Positions 31,601 through 39,463 of a stretch of 64,000 bases of DNA are shown in pieces; the first letter of the stretch is position 1; each line of letters begins with the position of its first letter. Origin of the DNA: a virus (Duplodnaviria; Caudoviricetes); IMG/VR virus record IMGVR_UViG_3300021401_000005, positions 9,766-73,765 of that record; one strand, 5' to 3'. The notes under the pieces were generated by a model. It searched no databases. It was not told where the DNA came from and saw nothing but the letters and a program-made list of their open reading frames with translations. Both the position numbers and the translations under genes were made by a program.

Positions 31601-31871
31601 GCGGCTCAAATACAGCAAGGAGATGATGGACTCGGTCATGGGGAGCGGTTCACTCAACGTTACCAAGGCTGAGAACGCCTGGATGAAGACACACGCCTCG
31701 CTTGATCCCTATCGGTCCGAGGCGCGCAAGAACACGCCAGTGTTCATGGGCATGACGCCTGACACCTATGCTCAAGTCACCGGCGCCAAGCTGGAGAAGG
31801 CCAAAGATGGTCGAGTTTTCGACCGCGAGAGCGGCAAGGTGTGGGACGCGAAGGGCAACCCGTTGAACTAA
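25602..31871 (+). CDS. Large DNA ejection/internal virion polyprotein with an internal peptidase S74-like domain and a lysozyme-like domain
   Basis: 2089 aa. N-terminal QPYQPYQG/FMNPY/GAFGGDRAG ejection-type region; SDERAKENI...IYRYNFKGD...IGLLAQE (S74, ~26715-26910); ISSLESS...SSFGPYMLH...WHDWST (~30075-30365). Confidence 0.8.
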   Translation: MGSKGGTTQQTSTQSSSGPPPQVLAEYQGLVDRATNVANQPYQPYQGEQVAPLASQTLQGLGQIGQYANAAQLPLFGASAGTSQAMQSATDEALGSAGAASGMTGNVANAAMGMTEAAAAPVNAEQFQGQSSLQPFMNPYTSDVVQATQNEFNNQNQQQAQFLNSANISSGAFGGDRAGVSQGILANQQQLAEAPTIAGLNQANFTQAMQDWQQQQGVNLGAAQANRSALMGAANQYGNLGLTAANQIGNLGLNAAQEVGNVGLAGSNQMGQIGLSEQQAGLQGGQAQIQAGTIPQTEQQAIDTAAQNMYQTGQSYPFTTTGWLGNIIEGTGSLSGGQGSSTTTSPGPNAITQGLGAASQGVGLLGSIMSLSDERAKENIEPIGETYDNQKIYRYNFKGDPRTQIGLLAQEEAYHHPGSVQRIGMGDLLGIDYGGATEDAADRGHFASGGAPPASMAGLGAMGGMGGGGAMSPGSDLMFSGDPGARMGMGTFALMGGSNVRPEPTTAMSRPPGWEPPYQPAPQAPPPQQNLPQSSFRQLQQYGLSGGEARPSFQGGGTAITTPEEAIPIGTSGQSSYTQGWQPGDLLNPAAGVSEALFGEATAGSKTPYYGLDLDQLNAIGGGQWMPPDTNAPQPDYGNLQNSPQFGAAEKSLSGLFGPGYTPGSTGAPPATSPVAAAAAKPAAQQQPAGHWQSVGGTTTGGAAGGENLGMGAQIGNVFQNEWVPDPAVSTVAATAAPGLATGKADGGGVSMRSGFQRGGFPQFTTYQPTANPARTPPTYTALDLSHMFGGGQQPQQAPRAIQIQRQLGQARAQAAAQRGIVRPRVIAPDPVTGQHHDITPPDHPSTARYPGWPTPGPGNATPDGLPMRPPARVPLQTSPNAFPGGVANPTIPSSRGGGMGFPSLGMVPAAAAGTPPGPLASASWWGGLPKEELPSRSRGLTTVAPPLDGTQEWNKPSAEVESPRESAEFSEAGRPLMAPRLIGADPGGQHTLLGPHSMQALPPPSGDEAPMHSGWDVDLPGVFRGGGHGIAAEARGGRVPRYYGGRIGRDDGGSIPIGGGAGNVMEAPTGTPASPDLSDIDWNSIFGGDPGQGAVRTPDFSALPDDTFDLGGGSPQRAQIDPRAVAQAPSFQGASGGGGGGPHFTQVSNMGGPPISALDLSGHYTPTTGNARGATYVPGAGGAAGAGISPNARAEAPEHPAIAVARHIASRAHAAGFAAGHAAGRGASGRIIPTQMGPEGVASPRPYGPQLSTNPTQMGPEGVANYQGGGGVMGSSPVMNAGAYTPQGEGVTGQTSQGRGMGFGDLFGGGDRAGFQTGGEAGVDPFLAAIDAAVTQGPRGQGPPQAPQAPKPPEPPGQGQQPGGDLGKNIQSLTSGIKGLGGQSQGGGGGGDGSSGLTGGDPSDLSGGWGDMAGTPNMDDASLGLSMGDDFGFAMGGGVGLGSLRGGFSDGGTPDLDALDAEVAGAPPPGQVAAAPATGAGKGGGGGNVSDLINQNFGNRAGYASTISSLESSMGKNYVGDGGSSFGPYMLHYGGVSQKYPHPGLGDEFTKQTGLDARDPSTVPQQIKFVADYTAAHGWHDWSTKAQADKLTGGAPTAVAGADVPSAAAQPAQASTEAYGGGFQIPPGQGSPPPGQLNRANLQAPTMGDEIRHDPFGYMMTVGAGMMASRSPWLGVGIGEGFEAGNKYLQSQKELEKSWGQTQAQINNLSQEARDHGADADLKAQQLQTASLMNKLMIERMRQKGLIPGGTSGAPSPAPTGGPGQGLQPTQPLTTLGGGSGSSGAPSGPSAPSGGAAAPSGPAPADPDAAPRIEDDPLYKQAQDLYTKAQDAELDDRLMGTHTAEDMRAQAKELSDAAQKNFEKTSAPYGAKIEAQKAGFTEYQKRADEFTGDYQSNVEMLQQLGKIYQHYRSGTGAGDIGEIQGFADRFGLGGVLPQGWDKAGYDAAMKTAVDAAFQKMQSSGANKAPRSIMQEALTTSPTPTNDPAANWKIITETLARLKYSKEMMDSVMGSGSLNVTKAENAWMKTHASLDPYRSEARKNTPVFMGMTPDTYAQVTGAKLEKAKDGRVFDRESGKVWDAKGNPLN

Positions 31872-31872
31872 G

Positions 31873-33630
31873 ATGGCCAACGACACCAACCCTGACCTGA
31901 CCATCCCCGATCAATCCGAAACGACGCCCTATGTCCCATCAGCTGGGGCGCCGCCTGTGGCAGCGCCGCCCGTGGCAGCGGGGTCAACTGATCTTCCTGC
32001 CCCTTCGGAAACGACGCCCTATGTCCCAGGGGCGCCGAAACCTGGGGCGGCGCCAGTTACGGCAGGCGGGGTGGCCGCGCAGTTCGGCCGGGGCGCTGAA
32101 TCCGCGCCCTATCACGTCGCCGGGACGCCGGTCGATCTCGGCACCACGGTGCATGACGTGGTGAATAACCCGAAATTCTGGAGCGTTTTCGGCCCCGGAG
32201 TGTCGTTCAGCGATATGCCGAAGCGCGATCAGCCCGTCGTTGGTGGCTCCGACTGGCTAATGCAGCAGGCCGGGGAGAAAATCAGCCCGCAGCTCAACCC
32301 CAACAATTACCCACCGCAGAACGAGGCGGAGCGCCTCGCGCGAAGCGCAGGCGACGTCGGAACGCAAGCGCTGATGGGTCGAGGCATCTTTGCTGGGGTC
32401 GGGGCATTAAGGGGCGTGCCGTCGTCAATCAGCATCGGCAGACAGCTCGCGGGCGCTGGGGTTGGCGGGATGGGAGGCGGATTCGGCGGTGTGGCGGGGC
32501 GCGACGCCGCGTCCAAGGCCATCGATCTCTATCCCAACTTTCGCGCGCAGCACCCCGACGCAGCCCAGACGATCGAGACCGCCAGCGGTTTTGTCGGTGG
32601 CGGCGTTGGCGGCCTGACTGGTTCCGGCATCGCCAACCGCTTCGGGGCTCCTGGCGGTGCGCCTGCGGCTAGCCAGTCTCCCAAGGAATTGGAAACGATC
32701 GCCAAGAACCAATACACGACCGCGAATAATATCCCGGCAAACTTCACGCCGTCAGGGGTCGCCGCCTGGGCCAATTGGCACTTGCAGAACCTCTACAAGA
32801 ACTATGGATCGGCGGATATTGGCCCGGTTGTGTCGCGGCTGAATAAGCTCGCCAATCCTCCGGCGAATGCCGTTCATGTTCCGCTAAAAGAGCTAACTTC
32901 CCTCGATGACGATCTCGGCGGGGTCGGTAAAATTCTTCCCGGCGGCGTGGATAAGTTGCGTTCGGCCGCCGCAGACACGCAACGCTCGATCAAAGGTTTC
33001 ATCCGGAACCCACCACCAGGGACCATCCACTCGGGTGATCCCATTTTGGCCGCGCAAACTTACAAGACGGCTGACGCAAATTTCGGCGCGGCTAGGCGAG
33101 GCCAGAAGTTAGCGGACATCCAGACGGACGCCGCGCTGCCGGGGAGACCTTCGGCGCGAGCGCAAGTCACGAATCTTGTTCGCCCGAGCGTGATCGACAA
33201 GCAGTTACGTGGGTTCCCAGATGAAGACAGACAAAGTCTGACCGAGTACGCCCACGGAACGCCGCTCGGGAATGCCCTAGAGAATTTTGCTGGGCCAGCT
33301 GGCGGTCATGGCGGGAGCGGCGCCTTTGGGGCGCTATACCCAGTGATCGAGGGCGCGAAAGTCGGCGGCGAATTGGGGCACCATATAGGCGGCCTGCCCG
33401 GTCGGGTTATCGGCGGCACGCTTGGTGCTTTTGCTTACCCCGCCGCAAAGGGGATCGCGCGGCGAGCCGCAAACTGGCGGCAGCCCCAACTCAGCCCGAT
33501 CATCCAGCAAACAATGTCCAGGGCGCCGGGTTACCAAACTCCCACGCCCGCCTCGCCGTTCCGGACTGCGGTTCCAGTCGGCCTTGGCGCTCTCAGTGGT
33601 CTCGCGGATCAAGAGGGCGACGGTCAATGA
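31873..33630 (+). CDS. Probable DNA ejection / internal virion protein
   Basis: Follows the polyprotein; Gly/Ala-rich amphipathic segments; SETTPYVP x2. Confidence 0.65.
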   Translation: MANDTNPDLTIPDQSETTPYVPSAGAPPVAAPPVAAGSTDLPAPSETTPYVPGAPKPGAAPVTAGGVAAQFGRGAESAPYHVAGTPVDLGTTVHDVVNNPKFWSVFGPGVSFSDMPKRDQPVVGGSDWLMQQAGEKISPQLNPNNYPPQNEAERLARSAGDVGTQALMGRGIFAGVGALRGVPSSISIGRQLAGAGVGGMGGGFGGVAGRDAASKAIDLYPNFRAQHPDAAQTIETASGFVGGGVGGLTGSGIANRFGAPGGAPAASQSPKELETIAKNQYTTANNIPANFTPSGVAAWANWHLQNLYKNYGSADIGPVVSRLNKLANPPANAVHVPLKELTSLDDDLGGVGKILPGGVDKLRSAAADTQRSIKGFIRNPPPGTIHSGDPILAAQTYKTADANFGAARRGQKLADIQTDAALPGRPSARAQVTNLVRPSVIDKQLRGFPDEDRQSLTEYAHGTPLGNALENFAGPAGGHGGSGAFGALYPVIEGAKVGGELGHHIGGLPGRVIGGTLGAFAYPAAKGIARRAANWRQPQLSPIIQQTMSRAPGYQTPTPASPFRTAVPVGLGALSGLADQEGDGQ

Positions 33631-33902
33631 GGCAAGACGAGGAACAGTGCTCCGAGGATGGAGCAGAGAACGACGGCGACACTCGCGAGTACTGTCAAGT
33701 CATGCTTTCGCTCGGCTGCGGTTGGACGATGGGCGGAAATCCTCGCGTCGCGGGCCGACCGGACTATCATAGCGATGACGGAAATTACCCCCACGAGCGT
33801 CACCCAAAAGATCGCCCAAAGCACCACGCCTAACGCGCCGCCACCCACCGCAAGGGCGAGCGAAAACATCATCGTGAAAAACAGGACCCACAAGCTTGCC
33901 AT
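33624..33902 (-). CDS. Small membrane protein (about 3 TM)
   Basis: MASLWVLFFTMMFSLALAVGGGALGVVLWAIFW... hydrophobic segments. Confidence 0.6.
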   Translation of the reverse strand: MASLWVLFFTMMFSLALAVGGGALGVVLWAIFWVTLVGVISVIAMIVRSARDARISAHRPTAAERKHDLTVLASVAVVLCSILGALFLVLPH

Positions 33903-33906
33903 CGCC

Positions 33907-34149
33907 CTATCTCCCCAGCTTCTCGTTGGGCAAGGTGATGATGATCGGCTGCGGGGCGGGTTGATGGGCATTCAAGTAGGTCACGATCACGCCGCCAATG
34001 ACGCCTCCGGCGACAAGGAGACTGACCATAAGAGCCGCGAACTGAATGCGGTACTTGCGCGGCTCGAAAATAATTTCTTGGGTTTTGCGCGCGATGTCTG
34101 TGCGGATTTGCTCGCGCCGCAATTCGTCCGCGTGGTCGGCTAGGCTCAT
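33907..34149 (-). CDS. Small single-TM protein
   Basis: GGAGTCGAAACC-ATG at 34149; TM segment IQFAALMVSLLVAGGVIGGVIVTYL. Confidence 0.7.
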   Translation of the reverse strand: MSLADHADELRREQIRTDIARKTQEIIFEPRKYRIQFAALMVSLLVAGGVIGGVIVTYLNAHQPAPQPIIITLPNEKLGR

Positions 34150-34175
34150 GGTTTCGACTCCTGTAGGCCACCCAA

Positions 34176-34205
34176 ATATAGCGTGATTTGCACGAACTGC
34201 AAGAT
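34176..34205 (-). promoter_or_regulatory. Sigma70-like promoter overlapped by a TTGCA-N5-TGCAA operator (34188-34202)
   Basis: CTTGCA-N16-CTATAT on the - strand, Rhizobiales-type consensus. Confidence 0.7.
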
Positions 34206-34528
34206 CAGCCCTCGCGCCGCTGCCGCGCTTTCGCCTCAAGCCGCTCCGCTCGGCGGATCATGCCCGCAGCCCTTGCTCTCAATGACTGGGCTTCATGCTC
34301 CAAAATATCAGGGGCCAATTCCTCGGCCAAATAGCGCTCGCCGTCGAAGGCAAGCATCAGCTGGTCCGGATCGTTCAGCTCAATTGCGATCAGCTGACGC
34401 AGTCGGACCCGACCCAGGCGCTCGCGGGTTTTTTCCGGAAGGGCTTCCCAGACTGCGTCCTCAAGTGGGACGGCGCGGTGGACATCGGCAACGGCATCTT
34501 TGATCAGGTCCGAGATCCGGTCGCTCAT
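34205..34528 (-). CDS. Hypothetical protein
   Basis: 107-aa ORF, divergent from 34614. Confidence 0.55.
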   Translation of the reverse strand: MSDRISDLIKDAVADVHRAVPLEDAVWEALPEKTRERLGRVRLRQLIAIELNDPDQLMLAFDGERYLAEELAPDILEHEAQSLRARAAGMIRRAERLEAKARQRREG

Positions 34529-34540
34529 CGGTCATGCTCA

Positions 34541-34612
34541 CTTATCGTTTCGTTATGGTCCCGTTTATCGTAATGGCATGACGATAAGCAAGGCCGATAA
34601 AGGGACGATAAG
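34541..34612. promoter_or_regulatory. Array of five TTATCG/CGATAA boxes between divergent genes
   Basis: TTATCG at 34542 and 34565; CGATAA at 34582, 34595 and 34606. Confidence 0.65.
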
Positions 34613-34613
34613 C

Positions 34614-34955
34614 ATGCCTCGTGGATTAGGTAGGGTGCAGTTGGCGATCGTTGAGCGACTCCGGCTCGCGTCGGAAAGGAAGCTCGGCCGCTTCGTGGAA
34701 GATCAGACTCCAGTTCAGCTGGCGTGTCACATCTATGGGTATGAGGAGCCCCGAGAGGTCACTGACAATCAGCTGCAAGCGATCCGGAAGGCGCTCAGAT
34801 CTCTGTTGCGGTACTCGATCGTTACGACCCTCGATTACCGATCGCCAGAAGGCGAGCGGAGATACCAGCTCCACAAACGTGCGCTGTCGAGCCGCAAGCT
34901 TAAGCCGCGAGGGGATGGGCCGCCGAAGCCGAGTGGCCTGAAGGTCGTCAAATGA
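34614..34955 (+). CDS. Basic protein, possible winged-helix DNA-binding protein
   Basis: MPRGLGRVQLAIVERL...AIRKALRSLLRYSIV; adjacent to the box array. Confidence 0.5.
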   Translation: MPRGLGRVQLAIVERLRLASERKLGRFVEDQTPVQLACHIYGYEEPREVTDNQLQAIRKALRSLLRYSIVTTLDYRSPEGERRYQLHKRALSSRKLKPRGDGPPKPSGLKVVK

Positions 34956-35058
34956 GAGGGGATCGGTGATCTCGCGCGTTGACGGTAGCCCGGGCGTCAT
35001 CGAATCGTGCTACTCGCAAGGCGCTGAAAGGGAAGAAACCCCCCAAAGGAGAAACGTA

Positions 35059-35724
35059 ATGGCAAGAGGAAAGCAATTAGTCTGGATTACCCCCGTTCAT
35101 TTTGATCATGCAGGACGCCCCGTCGATCCCGATTACGGCGTCGATGAAGGCGTTGACCCAGGATACGGCATTCCGGGCGGCGGTCGCCCTCCTCACGTCG
35201 GCAACCGGCCTCCTGGCTCTTGGGGCGGGTTCCCTGGCCATCCTGACCAGGGGCTTCCCGGCGGCGGCTGGGGCGGTCGCCCGGTCGATCCGGGCTACGG
35301 CGTCGAGGGCGGCGGCGAGGCGGGTCAGCTCCCGGTCTTCCCGGTCGATCCCGAGCACCCGGATCAGGGTTTGCCGCCGGAAGTGCCACCGGGCATTCCG
35401 GAGCTTCCCCCAGGCACTATCTGGCCGCCGCTGCCGCCCAGCATTCCCGCCGGCAAGGCGATTGCTGTGGTCTGGATTTCCGGCGTCGGCTCGCGCTACG
35501 CGGTGATCGACATTCCGGAGCGCCCGGTCGATCCGGGCTACGGCGTCGGCGAAGAGCATCCGGACCAAGGCTTGCCTCCGACACGCCCTCGTCCGCCGAC
35601 CGCAGGCCAACCCTTGCCCCCGACCGGCCGCCCGCCGCGTCCTGGCCAAGGCCTGCCCCGCCCGCCAGGAGCCCCGCCGCGTCCGGATCAGGGCTTGCCT
35701 CCGACGGCCCAGCCGAAGCGGTAA
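35059..35724 (+). CDS. Pro/Gly-rich repeat protein (VDPGYG and PDQGLP repeats)
   Basis: AAGGAG RBS; VDP[DG]YG x4 and PDQGLP x4; own terminator. Confidence 0.75.
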   Translation: MARGKQLVWITPVHFDHAGRPVDPDYGVDEGVDPGYGIPGGGRPPHVGNRPPGSWGGFPGHPDQGLPGGGWGGRPVDPGYGVEGGGEAGQLPVFPVDPEHPDQGLPPEVPPGIPELPPGTIWPPLPPSIPAGKAIAVVWISGVGSRYAVIDIPERPVDPGYGVGEEHPDQGLPPTRPRPPTAGQPLPPTGRPPRPGQGLPRPPGAPPRPDQGLPPTAQPKR

Positions 35725-35774
35725 ACACCGCCGAATCGCTGAGGTCTCTCGCGCAGGGGCAGTAGGCGATTAAA

Positions 35775-35822
35775 GCGGCGGCGGCGCGTACCTCCCACGG
35801 CGCCGCCGCTGCCGACCTTTTT
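35775..35822 (+). terminator. Rho-independent terminator
   Basis: GCGGCGGCGGCGC...GCGCCGCCGCTGC followed by TTTTT. Confidence 0.65.
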
Positions 35823-35926
35823 ACGTCGAAATTGCGACGGATTTGGCGCCCCGTGCGAGTGAGTGTTATCAAACTGTGTTTGTAGAGTTGTAGGGGGGAC
35901 CTACAGCTGAAACACGGGATGATGTA

Positions 35927-36583
35927 ATGCACAAGCTTCTTTTGTCCGCCGCGATGCTCGCTGCGATCGGCGTTTCGCCCGCTCATGCGACGCTGCAAAT
36001 CGAGATCTTCGATAATGGGACGCTGATCGACAACGTCACGGGAATCACCACGGGCGCGGCGAGCCTCACCACCAACGACGCCAACTTCGCCAACATCACC
36101 ATCAACGCGCAGGGCTCACCCATCCTGCCCAATGCGGACCTGTCCAGCGTCACGCTCGACGCCACCGCTTCGGCCGGCTTCACGGGCTCGCACGAACTGA
36201 CGTTTGACGTCATTCAAAGCGCCGTGGCTGGGACCGGGAACACGCAATCGACCTTCACGGTCAACGGGCTGGTCAACGATCCCGGCCCGACAACCGAGCG
36301 CACGTTCGCAGATGGCGTGCTGCTCGCCTCGCACACGTTCCCTGTCGGGCTGCTTGACGGCTCTTTTGGCCCGGTCTCGGCAGCGACTGGTGCATTCACC
36401 GAGGATGAAATCCAATTCGCCGTCGACTTCACGGCAGCGAGGCAATCGTTCGGCGGTTCGGCCCAGCTAACGACTAGCATTCCAGAGACGAAGACCTGGG
36501 CGATGATGCTGCTCGGCTTCGGCCTGATGGCGTTCCTTGGTGTCAGGAAGTCCCGCAAGGACAGGTTGGCCGCATTCGCATAG
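35927..36583 (+). CDS. Secreted protein with PEP-CTERM (PEPxxWA-type) sorting signal
   Basis: Signal peptide MHKLLLSAAMLAAIGVSPAHA; C-terminus IPETKTWAMMLLGFGLMAFLGVRKSRK. Confidence 0.85.
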   Translation: MHKLLLSAAMLAAIGVSPAHATLQIEIFDNGTLIDNVTGITTGAASLTTNDANFANITINAQGSPILPNADLSSVTLDATASAGFTGSHELTFDVIQSAVAGTGNTQSTFTVNGLVNDPGPTTERTFADGVLLASHTFPVGLLDGSFGPVSAATGAFTEDEIQFAVDFTAARQSFGGSAQLTTSIPETKTWAMMLLGFGLMAFLGVRKSRKDRLAAFA

Positions 36584-36694
36584 GGGCGGGCGTAGGGCTG
36601 GGGCTTTTTCAACGAAATTTATCAATTCCGGACGCTCTATTTGCGTCCGGATTCCGGGGCGACGGCTTCGCCCATTAAAGGCATGGGTGACACT

Positions 36695-36982
36695 ATGAAG
36701 CGCATTCTTCTGGCAACGGTTGCATTGTTTGCTCTCGCGGATGTGGCTTACGCCGCTTCGGCTGCGGTCGGCGCGGCCACGTCCACGTCCAGCGTGGTCA
36801 CGGTCGGGCGCGGTGCTGGTTCGGCCAGCAATGCCTCGGCCGGTCTTGGCGTTGGCGTTTCCCGCCCCGGCGTTACGGTCGGCTTCGGCGCCGCGACCAC
36901 CAACTCGGCAGGCGCGAGCGTTGGCCATGCGGCCACCTTCACCACCGGCTCGGCGTTTGGCGCAGGCGCGGGCGTTCACTAA
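36695..36982 (+). CDS. Small secreted Ala/Gly/Ser/Thr-rich protein
   Basis: Signal peptide MKRILLATVALFALADVAYA. Confidence 0.75.
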   Translation: MKRILLATVALFALADVAYAASAAVGAATSTSSVVTVGRGAGSASNASAGLGVGVSRPGVTVGFGAATTNSAGASVGHAATFTTGSAFGAGAGVH

Positions 36983-36995
36983 GCCGTCGTCAAAC

Positions 36996-37031
36996 AGCCC
37001 CCGCTCCCAAGACCGGGCGGGGGCTTTCTTC
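36996..37031 (+). terminator. Rho-independent terminator
   Basis: AGCCCCCGCTC...GGGCGGGGGCT followed by TTCTT. Confidence 0.6.
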
Positions 37032-37052
37032 TCTCTCATGGAGGGCGATGTG

Positions 37053-37415
37053 ATGAAGCGATACGCACTTTTATTTCTGGGCATGACGCTGGCCGCGTCA
37101 GCCGCCACTGCCGGGTCAGTCAGTCTGCCTAAGCCTGGAGCGGCGCCGACTGCGGCAGGCCAGGGCGTCACCACCAATATCGGCGGCGGCACGGCAGTTG
37201 GCCATACGCCGACGATCTCGATCTCGACCTCGGCTGGCGCAGGAGCGAATCCAACGGCAAGCGCCTTTGGCAATTCGGCGGCGAGCAACCCAGGCAACGG
37301 CACGTCGCGGGCGGGCGCAGTGGCGCTGACCTCGGCGTCTGGCACGGGCGCAGGCGGCGCAGCCGCAGCGGTCGGCGCTGGCAATGTCAGCAATGGAGCG
37401 ACGACCACGCACTGA
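37053..37415 (+). CDS. Small secreted Ala/Gly/Ser/Thr-rich protein
   Basis: Signal peptide MKRYALLFLGMTLAASAATA; GGAGG RBS. Confidence 0.75.
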   Translation: MKRYALLFLGMTLAASAATAGSVSLPKPGAAPTAAGQGVTTNIGGGTAVGHTPTISISTSAGAGANPTASAFGNSAASNPGNGTSRAGAVALTSASGTGAGGAAAAVGAGNVSNGATTTH

Positions 37416-37425
37416 GGAGGGAGCG

Positions 37426-37794
37426 ATGAAACGATTGGGAATTGCGCTGGGCGCTGTCGCTCTGGCTAGCGCCGCTTACGCGCAGGACATCACCCGCGTC
37501 TTGCCCAACGGCTCGACGCTGACCATCGACAAGTCGCCGGGGACGATCACCGTGTCGAAGCAAGGCGTGTCGAATAGTGGCCGGGAGGTGTCGTGGTCGC
37601 GCACCAGAACCGACGCTGGCACGGTGTCGGCCAGCTCCACCGCATCAGCGACCGGCACGCACTTCGCTTATGCGAAGGCCACTGCCAGCACGTCGGAGAG
37701 GGTGACGCCGAGTGGTAAGGATATCGGCATTGCCAAAGCCCGCGCAGTGGCGATTGGCAATCTCACCACTTCAACTTCGGCGGTCACCAAGTAG
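37426..37794 (+). CDS. Small secreted Ser/Thr-rich protein
   Basis: Signal peptide MKRLGIALGAVALASAAYA; GAGGAGG RBS. Confidence 0.75.
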   Translation: MKRLGIALGAVALASAAYAQDITRVLPNGSTLTIDKSPGTITVSKQGVSNSGREVSWSRTRTDAGTVSASSTASATGTHFAYAKATASTSERVTPSGKDIGIAKARAVAIGNLTTSTSAVTK

Positions 37795-37815
37795 GCTGGT
37801 TCACGGGGATGAGCC

Positions 37816-38571
37816 ATGCGCAAAGCCGTCCAGTATCCCTTGGCATTCGGCGCGCCGATGCTGGGGATGCTGCTGCTCATCGATACGGTTGCTGAACCAG
37901 AATCGCTCGTCCGTCGCGCGCGGCAGATGGCCGACGACCTTGCATCGGCCGTCACCAAGGTAATCACCAAAGCCAGCTATCCCCACATGCCGTGGCCGCC
38001 CGCCGTGGTCGCCAAACTCAAGCCAATCGATCCTGACGACGTTCAAAAGAACGACAAGCACTTATTTTGGCGCACGGTGTACGACACCAACGAAATCCAT
38101 CGCGTTGAGGCCGATCCGCCGCCAGCAATGAATTTCAACACTTCGGTGGCTCAGCCGCCGTTGCCGCCAACGGTTACTTTCAACGATGGCGGCTCTTCGT
38201 CGGGCGGCGGCGCGACCGACTCGACCACGCCTTGCATGACGGCGATGGTCGGTGGCGTCTGCCCCGTGCCATGCTCATCGAATGATATTTCTCTGTTGTG
38301 CGAGGAAAAGAAGGTGGACACCGCCGCTGCCGATCTCTCCCCGGCCTTGCAGAAGCTGCTTGGCTTTGATGATCCCGGCGCCCCAGTGATCGGCGATCCG
38401 CCGCATGTCGGCGGCATTGGCGGCTTCGCAGGGGGTGGCGGCGGCGGCGCAGGCGGCGCAGGCACCATCCCCGAGCCGTCCACATGGGTGATGCTGATCT
38501 TTGGCTTTGGGCTGATGGCATGGATGAGTCGACGCTCCATCGCGCGGCGGGCTTCTTCGTCAATGGACTGA
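37816..38571 (+). CDS. Protein with PEP-CTERM sorting signal
   Basis: C-terminus IPEPSTWVMLIFGFGLMAWMSRRSIARR; hydrophobic N-terminus. Confidence 0.85.
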   Translation: MRKAVQYPLAFGAPMLGMLLLIDTVAEPESLVRRARQMADDLASAVTKVITKASYPHMPWPPAVVAKLKPIDPDDVQKNDKHLFWRTVYDTNEIHRVEADPPPAMNFNTSVAQPPLPPTVTFNDGGSSSGGGATDSTTPCMTAMVGGVCPVPCSSNDISLLCEEKKVDTAAADLSPALQKLLGFDDPGAPVIGDPPHVGGIGGFAGGGGGGAGGAGTIPEPSTWVMLIFGFGLMAWMSRRSIARRASSSMD

Positions 38572-38690
38572 TCGCGCTCGCGCTCAGCATGCTGATCTGG
38601 AGATTGACCGGCAACGTCCTGGGCTGGGCAGTCCTGTTCGGCCCAGGCGCCGCGCTCGTGATCCGGGGCATTGCCTTGCTGGTTCTCTGA
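38520..38690 (+). CDS. Possible small 2-TM protein
   Basis: Two hydrophobic segments, but overlaps the upstream gene by about 50 nt. Confidence 0.4.
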   Translation: MDESTLHRAAGFFVNGLIALALSMLIWRLTGNVLGWAVLFGPGAALVIRGIALLVL

Positions 38691-38785
38691 TCGTTCTCGA
38701 AGAACGAATCGCGAATGGGGACAACCGTCATCGGTCTATGGCATAAGCATGTCGGGCTAGCCGTTCGGCAGTGGGAGAATCCCCC

Positions 38786-39457
38786 ATGCCGTATGATCGT
38801 AAGCACTTCTTCGACACGGTCCGAAAGGATCTCTTTCGCGGCAACCTGACCCAGTCTCAGGTCGACGGGATGAACTATCTCCTCGAAGTGTGGGAGCTGC
38901 ATTTCGAGGCGGCCAATCCGCGCGACGGCACCAACTGGCTGGCCTACGCCCTGGCGACTTTCTTTCACGAAACCGCTGAGACGATGCAGCCGATCGAGGA
39001 ATACGGCAAAGGCTCCGGCAAGAGCTACGGCCAGCCGGCGGGGCCGCATGGCCAGCGATATTACGGGCGCGGCCACGTCCAGCTCACCTGGGAAGAAAAT
39101 TACAAAAACGGCCAGAAATTCCTCAAAGACCGCTACAACGTCCACGCCAACATCCACCCTGAAGCGCATCTGATGCTGCACCCGCAGACGTCAGCCCTGG
39201 TCAGTTATGACGGGATGATTCATGGCTGGTTCACGGGAGTCGGGTTGCCCAAATACTTCAATGCGACGGTCGAGGACCCGCGCAACGCGCGCCGGATCGT
39301 CAACGGCACCGACAAGATGGACCTCATCGCTGGCTACTATTCCAAGTTCAAGAAGGCGCTGAAACAGGTGCCTGCGGCGCCGCCGCTAGAAGAGGCTGAG
39401 CTGCCTGGGCTTCCCGAGTGCCCGTGCATGCCCGAGCCGACAGCGACGACCTCCTAA
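38786..39457 (+). CDS. Endolysin, glycoside hydrolase family 19
   Basis: AYALATFFHET...PIEEYG...YYGRGHVQLTWEENY...ARRIVNGTD. Confidence 0.9.
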   Translation: MPYDRKHFFDTVRKDLFRGNLTQSQVDGMNYLLEVWELHFEAANPRDGTNWLAYALATFFHETAETMQPIEEYGKGSGKSYGQPAGPHGQRYYGRGHVQLTWEENYKNGQKFLKDRYNVHANIHPEAHLMLHPQTSALVSYDGMIHGWFTGVGLPKYFNATVEDPRNARRIVNGTDKMDLIAGYYSKFKKALKQVPAAPPLEEAELPGLPECPCMPEPTATTS

Positions 39458-39463
39458 AATGAG

